Of a DNA stretch of 64,000 bases, positions 29,734-39,272 are shown one piece after another. The position numbers and the translations under genes are program-made. Under the pieces are notes generated by a model. The model had not been told where the DNA came from and did no database searches. It saw nothing but the letters and a program-made list of their open reading frames with translations. The stretch lies in the sequence record NC_062581.1, one strand, 5' to 3'. Each line of letters starts with the position of its first letter. Positions within the stretch are counted from its first letter, which is position 1.

Positions 29734-30109
29734 GGTCGACCAGCGTTCTATATCGACTCATCCAACAGCGGCAATGCTAATTGGTTATGTTAATAACGAA
29801 TTAGTTTTGGCCGGAGTGACACCATTAACTTCTACTTCTACCGGAGCTGAGGCTATTGCTGCTATCTACAAAATACCCAGTGAAAAACAAAATATCGTTT
29901 TCCAAAAAGACTTTACGACACTTAGGAAAAAAGATAGTTACAAGTATTTAGTTTTGTCGATGGCCGTGTTAGCTGTACTAGCTGGTTTAGGTTTTGCGGG
30001 TAGTGTTGCTAAGTTGGAAGGTGAGTCTGCAGCAGGAGTTACGGATGTTTTTAAAGTCCTTATTTCTGGTCTGTTTGAAATCGCAAAGTTGCTCATTACA
30101 GGTCAATAA
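29708..30109 (+). CDS. Putative holin-like membrane protein
   Basis: Start ATG 29708; hydrophobic helices in the C-terminal half; lies between the spanins and the endolysin. Confidence 0.5.
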   Translation: MKISEILSEVDQRSISTHPTAAMLIGYVNNELVLAGVTPLTSTSTGAEAIAAIYKIPSEKQNIVFQKDFTTLRKKDSYKYLVLSMAVLAVLAGLGFAGSVAKLEGESAAGVTDVFKVLISGLFEIAKLLITGQ

Positions 30110-30117
30110 AAAATACT

Positions 30118-30150
30118 GTCCGCTCCGTTAAGGGGCGGACTTTATTATGC
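30118..30150 (+). terminator. Hairpin with TATG tail
   Basis: GTCCGCTCC-GTTAA-GGGGCGGAC-TTTATTATGC. Confidence 0.7.
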
Positions 30151-30195
30151 TATGTGGATTAATCAACTTTGTAACCACAGGACCGAGGTTTAAAC

Positions 30196-30735
30196 ATGAT
30201 CACTACAGATCGTTTCCCGTATGACATGCCTTCACGAGATGCCCTTGTGAAGCAGGTGAATACAGACTTGAAACGGAGCTATAAAGCCGACCAAGTCAGT
30301 TTTGAAGATATGTTCTTTGCCCCGCTGCCAGCCATCCCTGGACGTACTTTTATCGAGATGACTAACCGCCTAACTGGGCTGAAAGAATTCTTTGTTTACC
30401 GTCGTTTAGATCTGGCACACTCCAAGGCGCTGGGCACCACCACCCGTATTAAAATTGTAGGTCTACCTACGCCTGCTAATATTGCTAATGAAATCAACCG
30501 TAGTCGCAAGATGACTTTCGGTCCTGATGACATTTCTTTTTCTACTGTTGTGATCAACAACAAAGAAACTAGCTTTGTTTACCGTGTTGAAGCAATGACC
30601 GGCAGCTACGCTTACTTTGGTTACACTGACATTACTGTAGAAGTGGTTGAGTCTAATCCAAATGCGCGTTACCTAGAAGACGGTGATCCACGCTTAATGG
30701 AAACCGGCGATATTCGTGAACTCGAACACGCTTGA
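30196..30735 (+). CDS. Putative virion structural protein with C-terminal R-x-x-E-[DT]-G repeats
   Basis: 179 aa ending ARYLEDGDPRLMETGDIRELEHA. Confidence 0.7.
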   Translation: MITTDRFPYDMPSRDALVKQVNTDLKRSYKADQVSFEDMFFAPLPAIPGRTFIEMTNRLTGLKEFFVYRRLDLAHSKALGTTTRIKIVGLPTPANIANEINRSRKMTFGPDDISFSTVVINNKETSFVYRVEAMTGSYAYFGYTDITVEVVESNPNARYLEDGDPRLMETGDIRELEHA

Positions 30736-30745
30736 GGAATATGAC

Positions 30746-31522
30746 ATGGCCGCATTAAAGAAAGGCGATACGGGTGATGCTGTTTTAGAACTACAGCAGG
30801 CATTGGTACGTAAAGGTTTTAAACTTGAACCAGACGGTAAGTTTGGTCAAGCCACGTATGACGCAGTTGTTGCATTCCAAAAAGCATGCAATTTAGACTC
30901 CGATGGCGTAGCAAGTAAAAACACATTGTCCGCTTTAGCATTAGTAAAAGAATCTATCCTGGATAGCATTCCAATGCCATCAGCAAATCGATCACGATCC
31001 GCTGCAATGCCTACACTTGAAGCAATCGGTAAGATTACTTCCGTTAGTGCTAAGACATTGGCTACGTTTGCTTCTATCGAATCTAATTTTGATTACACCG
31101 TTAAAGCATCTACATCGAGTGCTACTGGTTGGTTCCAACATCTGGACAAAACCTGGGATGACATGTTGAAGCTAACGTTTAATCAATACGGATTAGTTGA
31201 CAACGCTAAACGTTCACTGCGTATTGATCCACGAGCCAATGGCTTGATGGGTGCAGAACTATTGAAAGACAATGCCCGTATTTTACGTCCAGCATTGGGG
31301 CATGAACCAACCGATACAGAGCTATACGCTGCACACTTCTTTGGTGTGGGTGCTGCTAAGAAGTTCCTGTTGGCTAATCCTGCCGCTAGTGGCGCAGAAC
31401 TGTTTCCAAAACAAGCTGCTGCCAACGTTGGTATTTTCTATGCACGTGATAAGAAGACACCGCTTACAATTGGTGCCATCTTGAATCTGTTCGAATCTAA
31501 GGTTGCTAGTCATCGAGGCTAA
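30746..31522 (+). CDS. Modular endolysin: peptidoglycan-binding domain plus lytic transglycosylase (phiKZ gp144-like)
   Basis: LKKGDTGDAVLELQQAL..DGKFGQAT PG-binding repeat; IESNF catalytic Glu, SATGWFQ, LYAAHFFG; start ATG 30746. Confidence 0.92.
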   Translation: MAALKKGDTGDAVLELQQALVRKGFKLEPDGKFGQATYDAVVAFQKACNLDSDGVASKNTLSALALVKESILDSIPMPSANRSRSAAMPTLEAIGKITSVSAKTLATFASIESNFDYTVKASTSSATGWFQHLDKTWDDMLKLTFNQYGLVDNAKRSLRIDPRANGLMGAELLKDNARILRPALGHEPTDTELYAAHFFGVGAAKKFLLANPAASGAELFPKQAAANVGIFYARDKKTPLTIGAILNLFESKVASHRG

Positions 31523-31550
31523 CAACCATATGTAACAAAAGGATATAGCC

Positions 31551-32156
31551 ATGGCTACTAGCGCAGATAGCACTGTGACAAATAAAAATATGCTTTCCGG
31601 AATGGAAACACTGCTCTCTTTGGGTGGTGATGAATTTGTGGAAGTGGTTCGACTGATGCCAGACGGTTCTTATAAGAACTATAAAACTCTGGCTTCTAAA
31701 CTTCGTGTAGGTAAAACTGCATATGACCTAGCCGTTGATAATGGCTTTGTCGGAACTGAAGCAGAATGGCTGGCTTCTCTAGTCGGTGAATCGGCTTATG
31801 AAACAGCAGTTCGTTTAGGTGAGTTTACAGGTACTGAATCTGCATGGATTCAATCCTTAGCTCCACTGCATGAACATGACGTTGAGAAAGCAGGGCAAGT
31901 ACTGACTGTTGGCGAAGACGGCATTGGGGAATGGAAAGAACTGACCCCAGCAAACGTTGGCTTGTCTAAAGTCAACAACACACCGGATTTGGAAAAGCCG
32001 GTATCGGACCCACAGAAAACTGAGTTTGCTCGGTATCTGTTACGTTCACGGACGACTACCGAAGTCATGAAGGTGCTTCTGGCTCTTCCTGGTATTCGGT
32101 ACACTGATGATTTAAAAGATATCATCTTTGACGAAGGCCGCGTAACTGCGGTTTAA
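31551..32156 (+). CDS. Short fibre-like protein sharing its N-terminal module with the 1496-aa fibre
   Basis: SGMETLLSLGGDEFVEVVR...DGSYKNY, two SAY-type repeats, VGLSKVNNTPDLEKPVS motif. Confidence 0.75.
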   Translation: MATSADSTVTNKNMLSGMETLLSLGGDEFVEVVRLMPDGSYKNYKTLASKLRVGKTAYDLAVDNGFVGTEAEWLASLVGESAYETAVRLGEFTGTESAWIQSLAPLHEHDVEKAGQVLTVGEDGIGEWKELTPANVGLSKVNNTPDLEKPVSDPQKTEFARYLLRSRTTTEVMKVLLALPGIRYTDDLKDIIFDEGRVTAV

Positions 32157-32178
32157 TTTTGTAGAAGGAACGAATAGC

Positions 32179-32661
32179 ATGATTGTTCAAGTCAAACGCG
32201 GTACCACAGCAGAAGCTGCAGCATGGGTTGGTCTGGAAGGCACATTTTTTGTTGACCTAACAGCAAAACTGGTTTATGTACACGATGGCGCTACTGCCGG
32301 TGGTACATTGGTAGGTGGTTTGAATACTGCCGCTGTCCAAGCATTGATTGATGCTTCCCTGGAAGACCTAGAAGTTGAAATCACTAAAGTAACTGGTTTG
32401 ACCGAAGCGCTTGCTGATCTGGTTAAATCGGATGCAGTCGGTGTAACTGTAGCTTCTCTGGTTGATGGTAAGGTTCCTGCTGGTCAACTTCCTGATCCAG
32501 TGGTTGTTCCAGTTAAAGCAACTGGTGCAGAACTGATTGAAGGGACTGACGATGCTAAATTTGTAACGGCTGCTAGTTTACTGGCACTGCTTACAGACAT
32601 GGGCTTCAGCAAGGATGTTAACGGCGATTGGAAACTTGATGCCGGTGCTGTCGAAGCATAA
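32179..32661 (+). CDS. Fibre-associated protein with Mtd-N/hyaluronidase-N-like start
   Basis: IVQVKRGTTAE...EG...VDLT...VYVHDGATAGG motif. Confidence 0.7.
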   Translation: MIVQVKRGTTAEAAAWVGLEGTFFVDLTAKLVYVHDGATAGGTLVGGLNTAAVQALIDASLEDLEVEITKVTGLTEALADLVKSDAVGVTVASLVDGKVPAGQLPDPVVVPVKATGAELIEGTDDAKFVTAASLLALLTDMGFSKDVNGDWKLDAGAVEA

Positions 32662-32663
32662 AT

Positions 32664-32698
32664 ACATACCGGTTCCCTTAGGGGAACCATTATGTTGT
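32664..32698 (+). terminator. Hairpin with TATG tail
   Basis: ACATACC-GGTTCCC-TTAG-GGGAACC-ATTATGTTG. Confidence 0.7.
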
Positions 32699-32793
32699 CT
32701 CAGTATTTTTTCACCTACTGTATGAGTCTTATTTAAGTTTTAGTAAGACGACCGGTTTATTTTACTAGGGCTCTCTTTAAAGGAAACATCGCG

Positions 32794-35700
32794 ATGGCAG
32801 AGTCGAATAAGAAAGGTATGATCTCTGGAATGGATTCCCTGTTAACACTTTCAGGTGAAGAATTCCTAGAGGTTATCCGCATGGAAGCCGATGGTTCTTA
32901 CAAGAACTATCGTCTGTTGGTTTCCAAGATCCGCAATAACGCTGGTCTGTCAGCTTACGAGATTGCTGTTCAGAACGGCTACGTAGGTACTGTTGAAGAG
33001 TGGCTTGCGTCCCTCGAAGGCAAGACGGCATATCAGATCGCAGTAGAGCTTGGCTTTACTGGTGATGAAGCAGCTTTCATTGCTTCGTTGAAAGGTACGC
33101 AAGGTGATGATGGCGAAGCAGGTAAATCTGTATTTGAAATCGCACTTGAAAATGGTTTCATCGGAACTGAAGCAGATTTCCTAAAAACTCTGGTAGGTAA
33201 GTCCGCTTATCAAACCGCTTTGGATAACGGTTTTACCGGTACTGAAGAAGAGTGGCTCCTGTCTATTAAAGGTGACAAGGGCGATACTGGTGAAGACGGT
33301 GACGTTGGTCCAGAGGGTAAATCGGCATTTGAAGTTTGGGTTGCATTACCTGCTAATGTCGATAAAACCGTAGAAGATTATCTCGAATACCTTAAAGGTG
33401 CTTCTGGTCCATCTGCTTACGAGATTGCTATCTCTGAAGGTTACGTAGGTACTGAAGCAGAATGGTTGGTATCTCTGGGTGGTAAGTCTGCATTTGAATT
33501 GGCTAAAGAAGCTGATCCAGAACTGGTAGATGAAGCAACTTGGCTGGCATCGTTAAAAGGCGATGAAGGACAATCCGCTTATGCTGCTGCCGTAGCAGGT
33601 GGCTTTGTTGGTACACAGGCACAGTGGTTGACTTCGTTAAAAGGTCAATCGGCTTATCAACTGTGGGTCGCATCTGGTCAAGTAGGTAGCGAAGCACAGT
33701 TCCTAGAATCTCTTGAAGGTTCTGATGGTAATAACGGTACCAATGGTAAATCAGCTTACGAACTGGCTTTGGCTGCTAATCCAGCTATCGGTACTGAAGC
33801 ACAATGGCTTGCCTCGCTGAAAGGGACCGATGGTTCTGATGGTGATGACGGCGCAGCTGGTTTGTCAGCTTTCCAAATCTGGGTAGCATTGCCAGCTAAC
33901 GTTGGTAAGACCGAAGCAGATTTCTTTAACGAAATGCAAGGTCAAGACGGTGAGGATGGCGTTGACGGTAAGTCCGCTTATGAACTCGCTGTTGCTGCTG
34001 GGTTCACCGGTACACAAGCCGAATGGTTTGCATCCCTTAAAGGAACAGCTGGCGAAGACGGCACTGATGGTACCGATGGTCAATCTGCTTATGCATTGTG
34101 GCTGTTGCAACCTGGTAATGCTGGCAAGACCGAAGCTGAATTCTTGGCGTCCATTAAAGGCACCAAAGGTGAAGATGGTACTGACGGCGATAGCGCCTAC
34201 CAAGTAGCTGTGGCTAATGGCTTTGTTGGTTCTCAGGAACTGTGGCTAGAAAGTCTGCAAGGACAAGAAGGCGCAATGGGTCAGGGTATCAAAGTTATTG
34301 AAACTTTGACTCAAGACGCATTTGACGAAGTTGTTAAACTGGATGAATCCGCTGTAGGTGATGCTTACATTGTTAACGAATTTATTTACGTCTACAATGG
34401 CTCTACCTGGGTTAAGTCGAATTCTCTCCAAGGTCCAGAAGGTCGAGGCCTCAATTACCTAGGTGAATGGCCAACTGGTGCAGCTCTGCCAATGGATGTC
34501 AACTATGTAGCTGGTGATACTTACGTATGGCGTAGCTCGTTGTGGACTCTGGTTGAGAAGCCTACTCGTGTTTGGGTAGACATTGGTGTACCTGGTCCGG
34601 TCGGTAAATCAGCTTATCAAACTTACATTGAGCTTCCAGGTAACGCGGGTAAAACCGAAGCTGAGTTTATTGCATCTTTGAAAGGTTTGAAAGGCGACAC
34701 TGGTAACAACGGTGAAGATGGTACCGACGGTCAAGACGGTGACAAAGGGGATGATGGTGATTCCGCTTACCAAGTAGCAGTTACCAATGGTTTCGTTGGT
34801 AGCGAAGCACAATGGTTGGCTTCCCTTGAAGGCTCCGATGGTTTGTCTGCTTACGAACTAGCTGTAGATGGTGGCTTTGTTGGTACGCAAGCACAATGGC
34901 TTGCCTCGCTGAAAGGTGAGAAAGGTACCCCTGCGCTGGCATTTGAAATTAAAGGTCGTCTGACTGAGGTTTCTCAACTACCGCGTCCGGGTGTTGGTAC
35001 TGAAGCTTACTACGTCAACCGTGATCTGTACATTTGGATTGCTGACGAAACAACTCCAGCTAATTCCGATTACGTGAACTTCGGTTCTCTGAACGGTGCC
35101 TCTGCTTATGAAACAGCTGTTGACTTAGGTTACACTGGTACTGAAGCAGAATGGATCGCTTCTCTGAAAGGTATTGATGGCGTTGATGGTACCGACGGTG
35201 TTGATGGACAAGATGGTCGTAACCTTGAAGTTAAGGGTACTCAGGCTAACCTGGCTGCAATTCAAGCACTGTTGGCTCCGGCTGATCAAGATGCATGGGT
35301 AGCGCTGGATACTGGTCACCTACACATCTACGTTACTGATGCATGGATTGATGCTGGTCCGTTCAAAGGTCAAGACGGTACTAATGGTACCGACGGCGAA
35401 GATGGTGAGACAGGAGCTTCGGCATTTGATGCTTGGAAAACTCTTCCAGGTAATGCTGATGGTACCATTGAAGAATTCGTTGCTTCACTGAAAGGTGAGG
35501 ATGGTCAAGACGGTACTGACGGCAACAATGGTGAATCTGTATTTGATCTGTGGTCAGCACAACCTGGTAACGCTGGTAAAACAGAAGCCGAGTTTATCGC
35601 TTCCCTTAAAGGTCAAGACGGCACTGATGGTGAGGATGGGACGGACGGTACCAATGGTACTAATGGCCGTAACGTTGTTATCTTGGGTTCTGTTGCAAAC

Positions 35701-37284
35701 CAAGCTGCTCTTCCAGTAGGTCAAGCTGAACAAGCTGCTTACACTACCCTAGACACTGGAACTCTGTTCATGTGGATCTCGGGTGCCTGGGTTAACCTCG
35801 GTGTATTCCGTGGTGATAAAGGCGAGACTGGTGAAACAGGTGACGTTGGTCCTGCAGGTACACCTGTTAACATTAAAGGTGAAGTAGATCTGATTGCTGA
35901 TCTGCCTGATCCATCAACATTGGAAGTAGGTGATGCATACTACACCCAAGAAGATGGTAAACTCTACCAAGTGAACGATGCCGGTGTTTATAACCCAGGT
36001 ATTTACATTCGTGGTGAACAAGGTAATGACGGTATTCAGGGTATCCAAGGTCCTGCTGGTAACTCGATTACCATTGCTGGTTCTTACGCTACCGCTGCTG
36101 CACTGATCGCTGCGCACCCTACCGGTAACAACGGTGAAGGGTACTTGGTTGGTACTGATCTGTATCTCTACGGGATTAACCCTGTTGGTGGTGCAACTGA
36201 ATGGTACAACGCAGGTCCTGTACGTGGTCCTCAGGGTGAACAAGGTATTCAGGGTAAGACTGGTCTGAAAGGTAACACCGGTAATACTGGTGAGCGTGGT
36301 TCGCTGTGGTTGGTTCTGCCAACTAACGTGTCTACACCTACTGCCGATTATGGTCGTATTGGTGACTGGGCTGTTAATGCTCAATTCGATACTTTCTATA
36401 AAGACGCAACTTCGGGCTGGCTCAACATGGGTCGTCTGGTTGCTGGTGACGTTAACTCGCCACTGCCTAACCTTGGTAAAGTTGTACGTCTGGGTAACCA
36501 GTGGGTATCGCTGCCAGTTGATGAAGTTCCTAGTCTGGAAACAGGTAAGGTTTACGGTCGGCAGCTGAAAGCAGGTGAAACTACTCTGGGTGAGTGGGTA
36601 GAGATTGTCTTCCCAACTAACTTCCCAGAACCAGCAGCAGACGGTGTTCTTTACGCTCGCCGTCGTCAAACTGGCCAAACCAGTGGTGCATGGGTAACTC
36701 TGCCAGCAGGTATTACTGACCTGTCTACCAAAGATGGTAAGAACTACGTTCGTGTATTCGAATCGGCTGGTTCCGTACCTATTTGGAAAGAACTGGTAAT
36801 TCCAGCAGGTGGTATTGGTGAAGCTCCAACTACTGCGGGTAAAACCTACGTACGTTCGGGTGCTACCACTAGCTGGGTAGAGTACGTTGCAGGTATCGGT
36901 GAAGCTCCTACTGACGGTAAGCAATACGTCCGTAAGAACAGCGCTTGGGTATCTTTTGATCGTTACGATATCCCAATCCTTGCCTTAGCTGCTACTGCAA
37001 CAATTGATCCTCTGATCAACCAGTTTGCAACGGTAGATAACGCATCGGGTGCTAAGACTGTTACCATCAAGAATGGTCCAGCTTTGCGAGCAATGACTCT
37101 GGTACTGGTTATTAACGGTGCTGCGGGTACATTGTCGATTGCTAGTGAAACAGCTAACCGACTGATCTGGAATACCGGTAGCGCTCCTGCTATCACTGGT
37201 GCTAAAACCGTACTGACCTTCCTTTGGGACGGCGTGTACTGGATTGGTGCACAAGGTGCAATGGTTCCGACCCTGCCCGCTTAA
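32794..37284 (+). CDS. Long collagen-like fibre protein
   Basis: 1496 aa; about 20 G.SAY...GF.GTE..WL.SLKG repeats, Gly-X-Y stretches, about 8 beta-knob units, 5 foldon-like motifs, C-terminal tip domain. Confidence 0.85.
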   Translation: MAESNKKGMISGMDSLLTLSGEEFLEVIRMEADGSYKNYRLLVSKIRNNAGLSAYEIAVQNGYVGTVEEWLASLEGKTAYQIAVELGFTGDEAAFIASLKGTQGDDGEAGKSVFEIALENGFIGTEADFLKTLVGKSAYQTALDNGFTGTEEEWLLSIKGDKGDTGEDGDVGPEGKSAFEVWVALPANVDKTVEDYLEYLKGASGPSAYEIAISEGYVGTEAEWLVSLGGKSAFELAKEADPELVDEATWLASLKGDEGQSAYAAAVAGGFVGTQAQWLTSLKGQSAYQLWVASGQVGSEAQFLESLEGSDGNNGTNGKSAYELALAANPAIGTEAQWLASLKGTDGSDGDDGAAGLSAFQIWVALPANVGKTEADFFNEMQGQDGEDGVDGKSAYELAVAAGFTGTQAEWFASLKGTAGEDGTDGTDGQSAYALWLLQPGNAGKTEAEFLASIKGTKGEDGTDGDSAYQVAVANGFVGSQELWLESLQGQEGAMGQGIKVIETLTQDAFDEVVKLDESAVGDAYIVNEFIYVYNGSTWVKSNSLQGPEGRGLNYLGEWPTGAALPMDVNYVAGDTYVWRSSLWTLVEKPTRVWVDIGVPGPVGKSAYQTYIELPGNAGKTEAEFIASLKGLKGDTGNNGEDGTDGQDGDKGDDGDSAYQVAVTNGFVGSEAQWLASLEGSDGLSAYELAVDGGFVGTQAQWLASLKGEKGTPALAFEIKGRLTEVSQLPRPGVGTEAYYVNRDLYIWIADETTPANSDYVNFGSLNGASAYETAVDLGYTGTEAEWIASLKGIDGVDGTDGVDGQDGRNLEVKGTQANLAAIQALLAPADQDAWVALDTGHLHIYVTDAWIDAGPFKGQDGTNGTDGEDGETGASAFDAWKTLPGNADGTIEEFVASLKGEDGQDGTDGNNGESVFDLWSAQPGNAGKTEAEFIASLKGQDGTDGEDGTDGTNGTNGRNVVILGSVANQAALPVGQAEQAAYTTLDTGTLFMWISGAWVNLGVFRGDKGETGETGDVGPAGTPVNIKGEVDLIADLPDPSTLEVGDAYYTQEDGKLYQVNDAGVYNPGIYIRGEQGNDGIQGIQGPAGNSITIAGSYATAAALIAAHPTGNNGEGYLVGTDLYLYGINPVGGATEWYNAGPVRGPQGEQGIQGKTGLKGNTGNTGERGSLWLVLPTNVSTPTADYGRIGDWAVNAQFDTFYKDATSGWLNMGRLVAGDVNSPLPNLGKVVRLGNQWVSLPVDEVPSLETGKVYGRQLKAGETTLGEWVEIVFPTNFPEPAADGVLYARRRQTGQTSGAWVTLPAGITDLSTKDGKNYVRVFESAGSVPIWKELVIPAGGIGEAPTTAGKTYVRSGATTSWVEYVAGIGEAPTDGKQYVRKNSAWVSFDRYDIPILALAATATIDPLINQFATVDNASGAKTVTIKNGPALRAMTLVLVINGAAGTLSIASETANRLIWNTGSAPAITGAKTVLTFLWDGVYWIGAQGAMVPTLPA
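32941..35613 (+). repeat. Coding tandem repeats (SAY/GTEAEWLASLKG units with Gly-X-Y linkers)
   Basis: Degenerate repeats conserved at protein level, with some near-identical DNA copies such as gaagcacaatggcttgcctcgctgaaagg. Confidence 0.85.
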
Positions 37285-37289
37285 TTAGA

Positions 37290-37317
37290 GGGGCACCTTC
37301 GGGTGCCTTCTATTATG
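37290..37317 (+). terminator. Hairpin with TATG tail
   Basis: GGCACC-TTCG-GGTGCC-TTCTATTATG. Confidence 0.65.
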
Positions 37318-37341
37318 TGAATACCCTTTCAAGGAATACCC

Positions 37342-38013
37342 ATGACTATTGTTACTCGTACTACTCGTTTGATTGAATCCGATACTGGTGATTATCCGGT
37401 TTATCTATCGGATCTCAGTGCTCGTGTAAAGAACACTCTGTTTCCAACTACCATTGATTCAGTGGATTTGTTTGAGTTTGGATACGAACCTGTTCTAGAC
37501 ACCGAAATTCCTACCGGTGATGTTGTTGCTGAAGTTAAGCCTACTTTAAAAGATGGGCAATGGTATCGTACCTGGACTTCTCGTGAATTCACACCAACTG
37601 AATTGTCTACTAACCTGTCTGATGCTAAGAACCGGTTAATGGCACAAGCTGAATCTTTCCGTGTTTCTCAATTTGATAAGGGTTTCCCTTATGAATTTAA
37701 TGGCGAGATTTATCACGTACAGATCCGTACCACCGATCGTCAGAACATCAGTTCTATTCGCGTGATTGCTAAAGAAGCAATTCAGGATAACCGTGATCTT
37801 ACTATCAACTTCCGTGTTTATGAAAACGTAACTATTCCTTTGACAGCAGTTGAGTTTGTTGCCATGGCTGATACTACGTTCTATCGTGTCACTGAAGGTT
37901 ACCAAGTTGCTTGGACCATTAAAGACCAAGTTAACTCGGCTACCACCCTTGCAGAGCTTCCAGTTATTCCAGAAGAACTGTTCAGTCCGGTTGAATCTTT
38001 CCGTACTGCATAA
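37342..38013 (+). CDS. Tail-fibre assembly/chaperone-like protein
   Basis: 223 aa right after the long fibre; C-terminal Q.R..DRQNI...W.IKDQV..ATTL.EL pattern typical of fibre-associated chaperones. Confidence 0.6.
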   Translation: MTIVTRTTRLIESDTGDYPVYLSDLSARVKNTLFPTTIDSVDLFEFGYEPVLDTEIPTGDVVAEVKPTLKDGQWYRTWTSREFTPTELSTNLSDAKNRLMAQAESFRVSQFDKGFPYEFNGEIYHVQIRTTDRQNISSIRVIAKEAIQDNRDLTINFRVYENVTIPLTAVEFVAMADTTFYRVTEGYQVAWTIKDQVNSATTLAELPVIPEELFSPVESFRTA

Positions 38014-38015
38014 TG

Positions 38016-38055
38016 CGGCATAGAGCCACCCTCATGGGGTGGCGTTTATGTCGTC
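38016..38055. terminator. Bidirectional hairpin at a convergent junction
   Basis: CGGCATAGA-GCCACCC-TCATG-GGGTGGC-GTTTATGTCGTC. Confidence 0.75.
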
Positions 38056-38793
38056 TACTGCTGTAGCGTTAGCCATACCACGAAGATTTATTAAACTGAA
38101 GTAACTGGCATCAATGTAATTAATATCCATGTTGTGCTGTGTTGCTAAACGAAAGACGTAGAAATTATGTTTCTTTTCTTCCAAAGAAAGTTCCGATGGA
38201 TCAACATCGAAGATCTTAGGATGAATGACATTGAAGTCAGACATCAAAGAACCCACAATAGCAACGTGATGATATTTAAACCAAGTAGCAAATTCATAAA
38301 TGATCATGCCACCAAATTCATCAGACAATCGTTCTACTGTTAGTTCTTCCATTTGATAGTCAACTAACTTAACATCTAGTTCTCGACCATACTTCAGTTG
38401 AATGATATCAACCAAATCAGCTCGTTCTTTAGGTGTCATTACGTAAGGGGCTATGTTAATAGCTAAACCAATTTCGTCCGTGTGTGGTGTCATCCCATCG
38501 ATCATGTTGATGTCGGCTTCCGCCAAGAACTGATAGATGAAAGGAGACATGCCAGTTTCAACACTAGCATTCAATGTTGCAGCGCTATTCTCACCACCAC
38601 GTTTCGCATAAGCTTCTGCAAACTCTTCGTTAGTAATTAAACCACCCGTAAGTTTATGCCAATCATCGTAGTCACGTTCCCAATACAACGGAGTACGCAC
38701 TAGTTCTTTGGCAGCAGCAGAATTAAGATTAGCAATAACACCTAGACGAGTATCTAACAGCACATCTAAGGATAAAAGCATTCGTCTGATCAT
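38032..38793 (-). CDS. Conserved hypothetical protein (gp147 position)
   Basis: 253 aa; LLSLDVLLDTRLG start. Confidence 0.7.
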   Translation of the reverse strand: MIRRMLLSLDVLLDTRLGVIANLNSAAAKELVRTPLYWERDYDDWHKLTGGLITNEEFAEAYAKRGGENSAATLNASVETGMSPFIYQFLAEADINMIDGMTPHTDEIGLAINIAPYVMTPKERADLVDIIQLKYGRELDVKLVDYQMEELTVERLSDEFGGMIIYEFATWFKYHHVAIVGSLMSDFNVIHPKIFDVDPSELSLEEKKHNFYVFRLATQHNMDINYIDASYFSLINLRGMANATAVDDINATP

Positions 38794-39272
38794 CGCGGTG
38801 CCTTATTCAAATTATGCTTAGCTAGAACAGTCACAGTATCGCGTTCATGCGTCGATGCAACCAAAAGCATAAAGAGCCATAGGTTATCAAGTAAAATCGT
38901 CGACAGAGCCCCTGTAGGCGCTCTCCGCTGGATAGTCGTAGTGTCAACAACGTTAGACTTGTCGCTGTATAACTCAACACGTGAAATAAAGTAGGCCACT
39001 GCCTGAGGAATGTCATCAAGCTGCAAAGTAAACGATGTTGTTGCTGACATTAGCAGCGTATAGAATTCTGGAAGGTTACGAATGTTATCGTACACTTGAC
39101 GAACAAAAGATTCATTCTTACCTTCACGCAGTAAGTGATGGATACGGATCTTTTGGATTACATCTACTAGGTTAGGCAACAAAGACTTATCCCCAACAGG
39201 GTTAAGTGTAATGAATTCCTCTAACCCCTCTACCCACGCTTGGCGGATAGAGTCGATTAAACGATCTGTCAT
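38790..39272 (-). CDS. Conserved hypothetical protein
   Basis: 160 aa, overlapping operon gene. Confidence 0.65.
   Translation of the reverse strand: MTDRLIDSIRQAWVEGLEEFITLNPVGDKSLLPNLVDVIQKIRIHHLLREGKNESFVRQVYDNIRNLPEFYTLLMSATTSFTLQLDDIPQAVAYFISRVELYSDKSNVVDTTTIQRRAPTGALSTILLDNLWLFMLLVASTHERDTVTVLAKHNLNKAPR

Noticed and set aside
32179-32661. Possible diversity-generating retroelement (Mtd-N-like domain)
   Set aside because: No reverse transcriptase and no template/variable repeat pair with adenine-specific differences visible in the window.
32941-35613. Repeats resembling a CRISPR or satellite array
   Set aside because: The repeats are in-frame, synonymously diverged coding units with no constant repeat-spacer structure and no cas genes.
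35914-36924. 336-aa antisense ORF in the long fibre, and similar antisense or shadow ORFs at 3891, 7079, 27602, 41193, 41781 and 49963
   Set aside because: Same codon-bias or low-complexity artefact inside well-supported genes.
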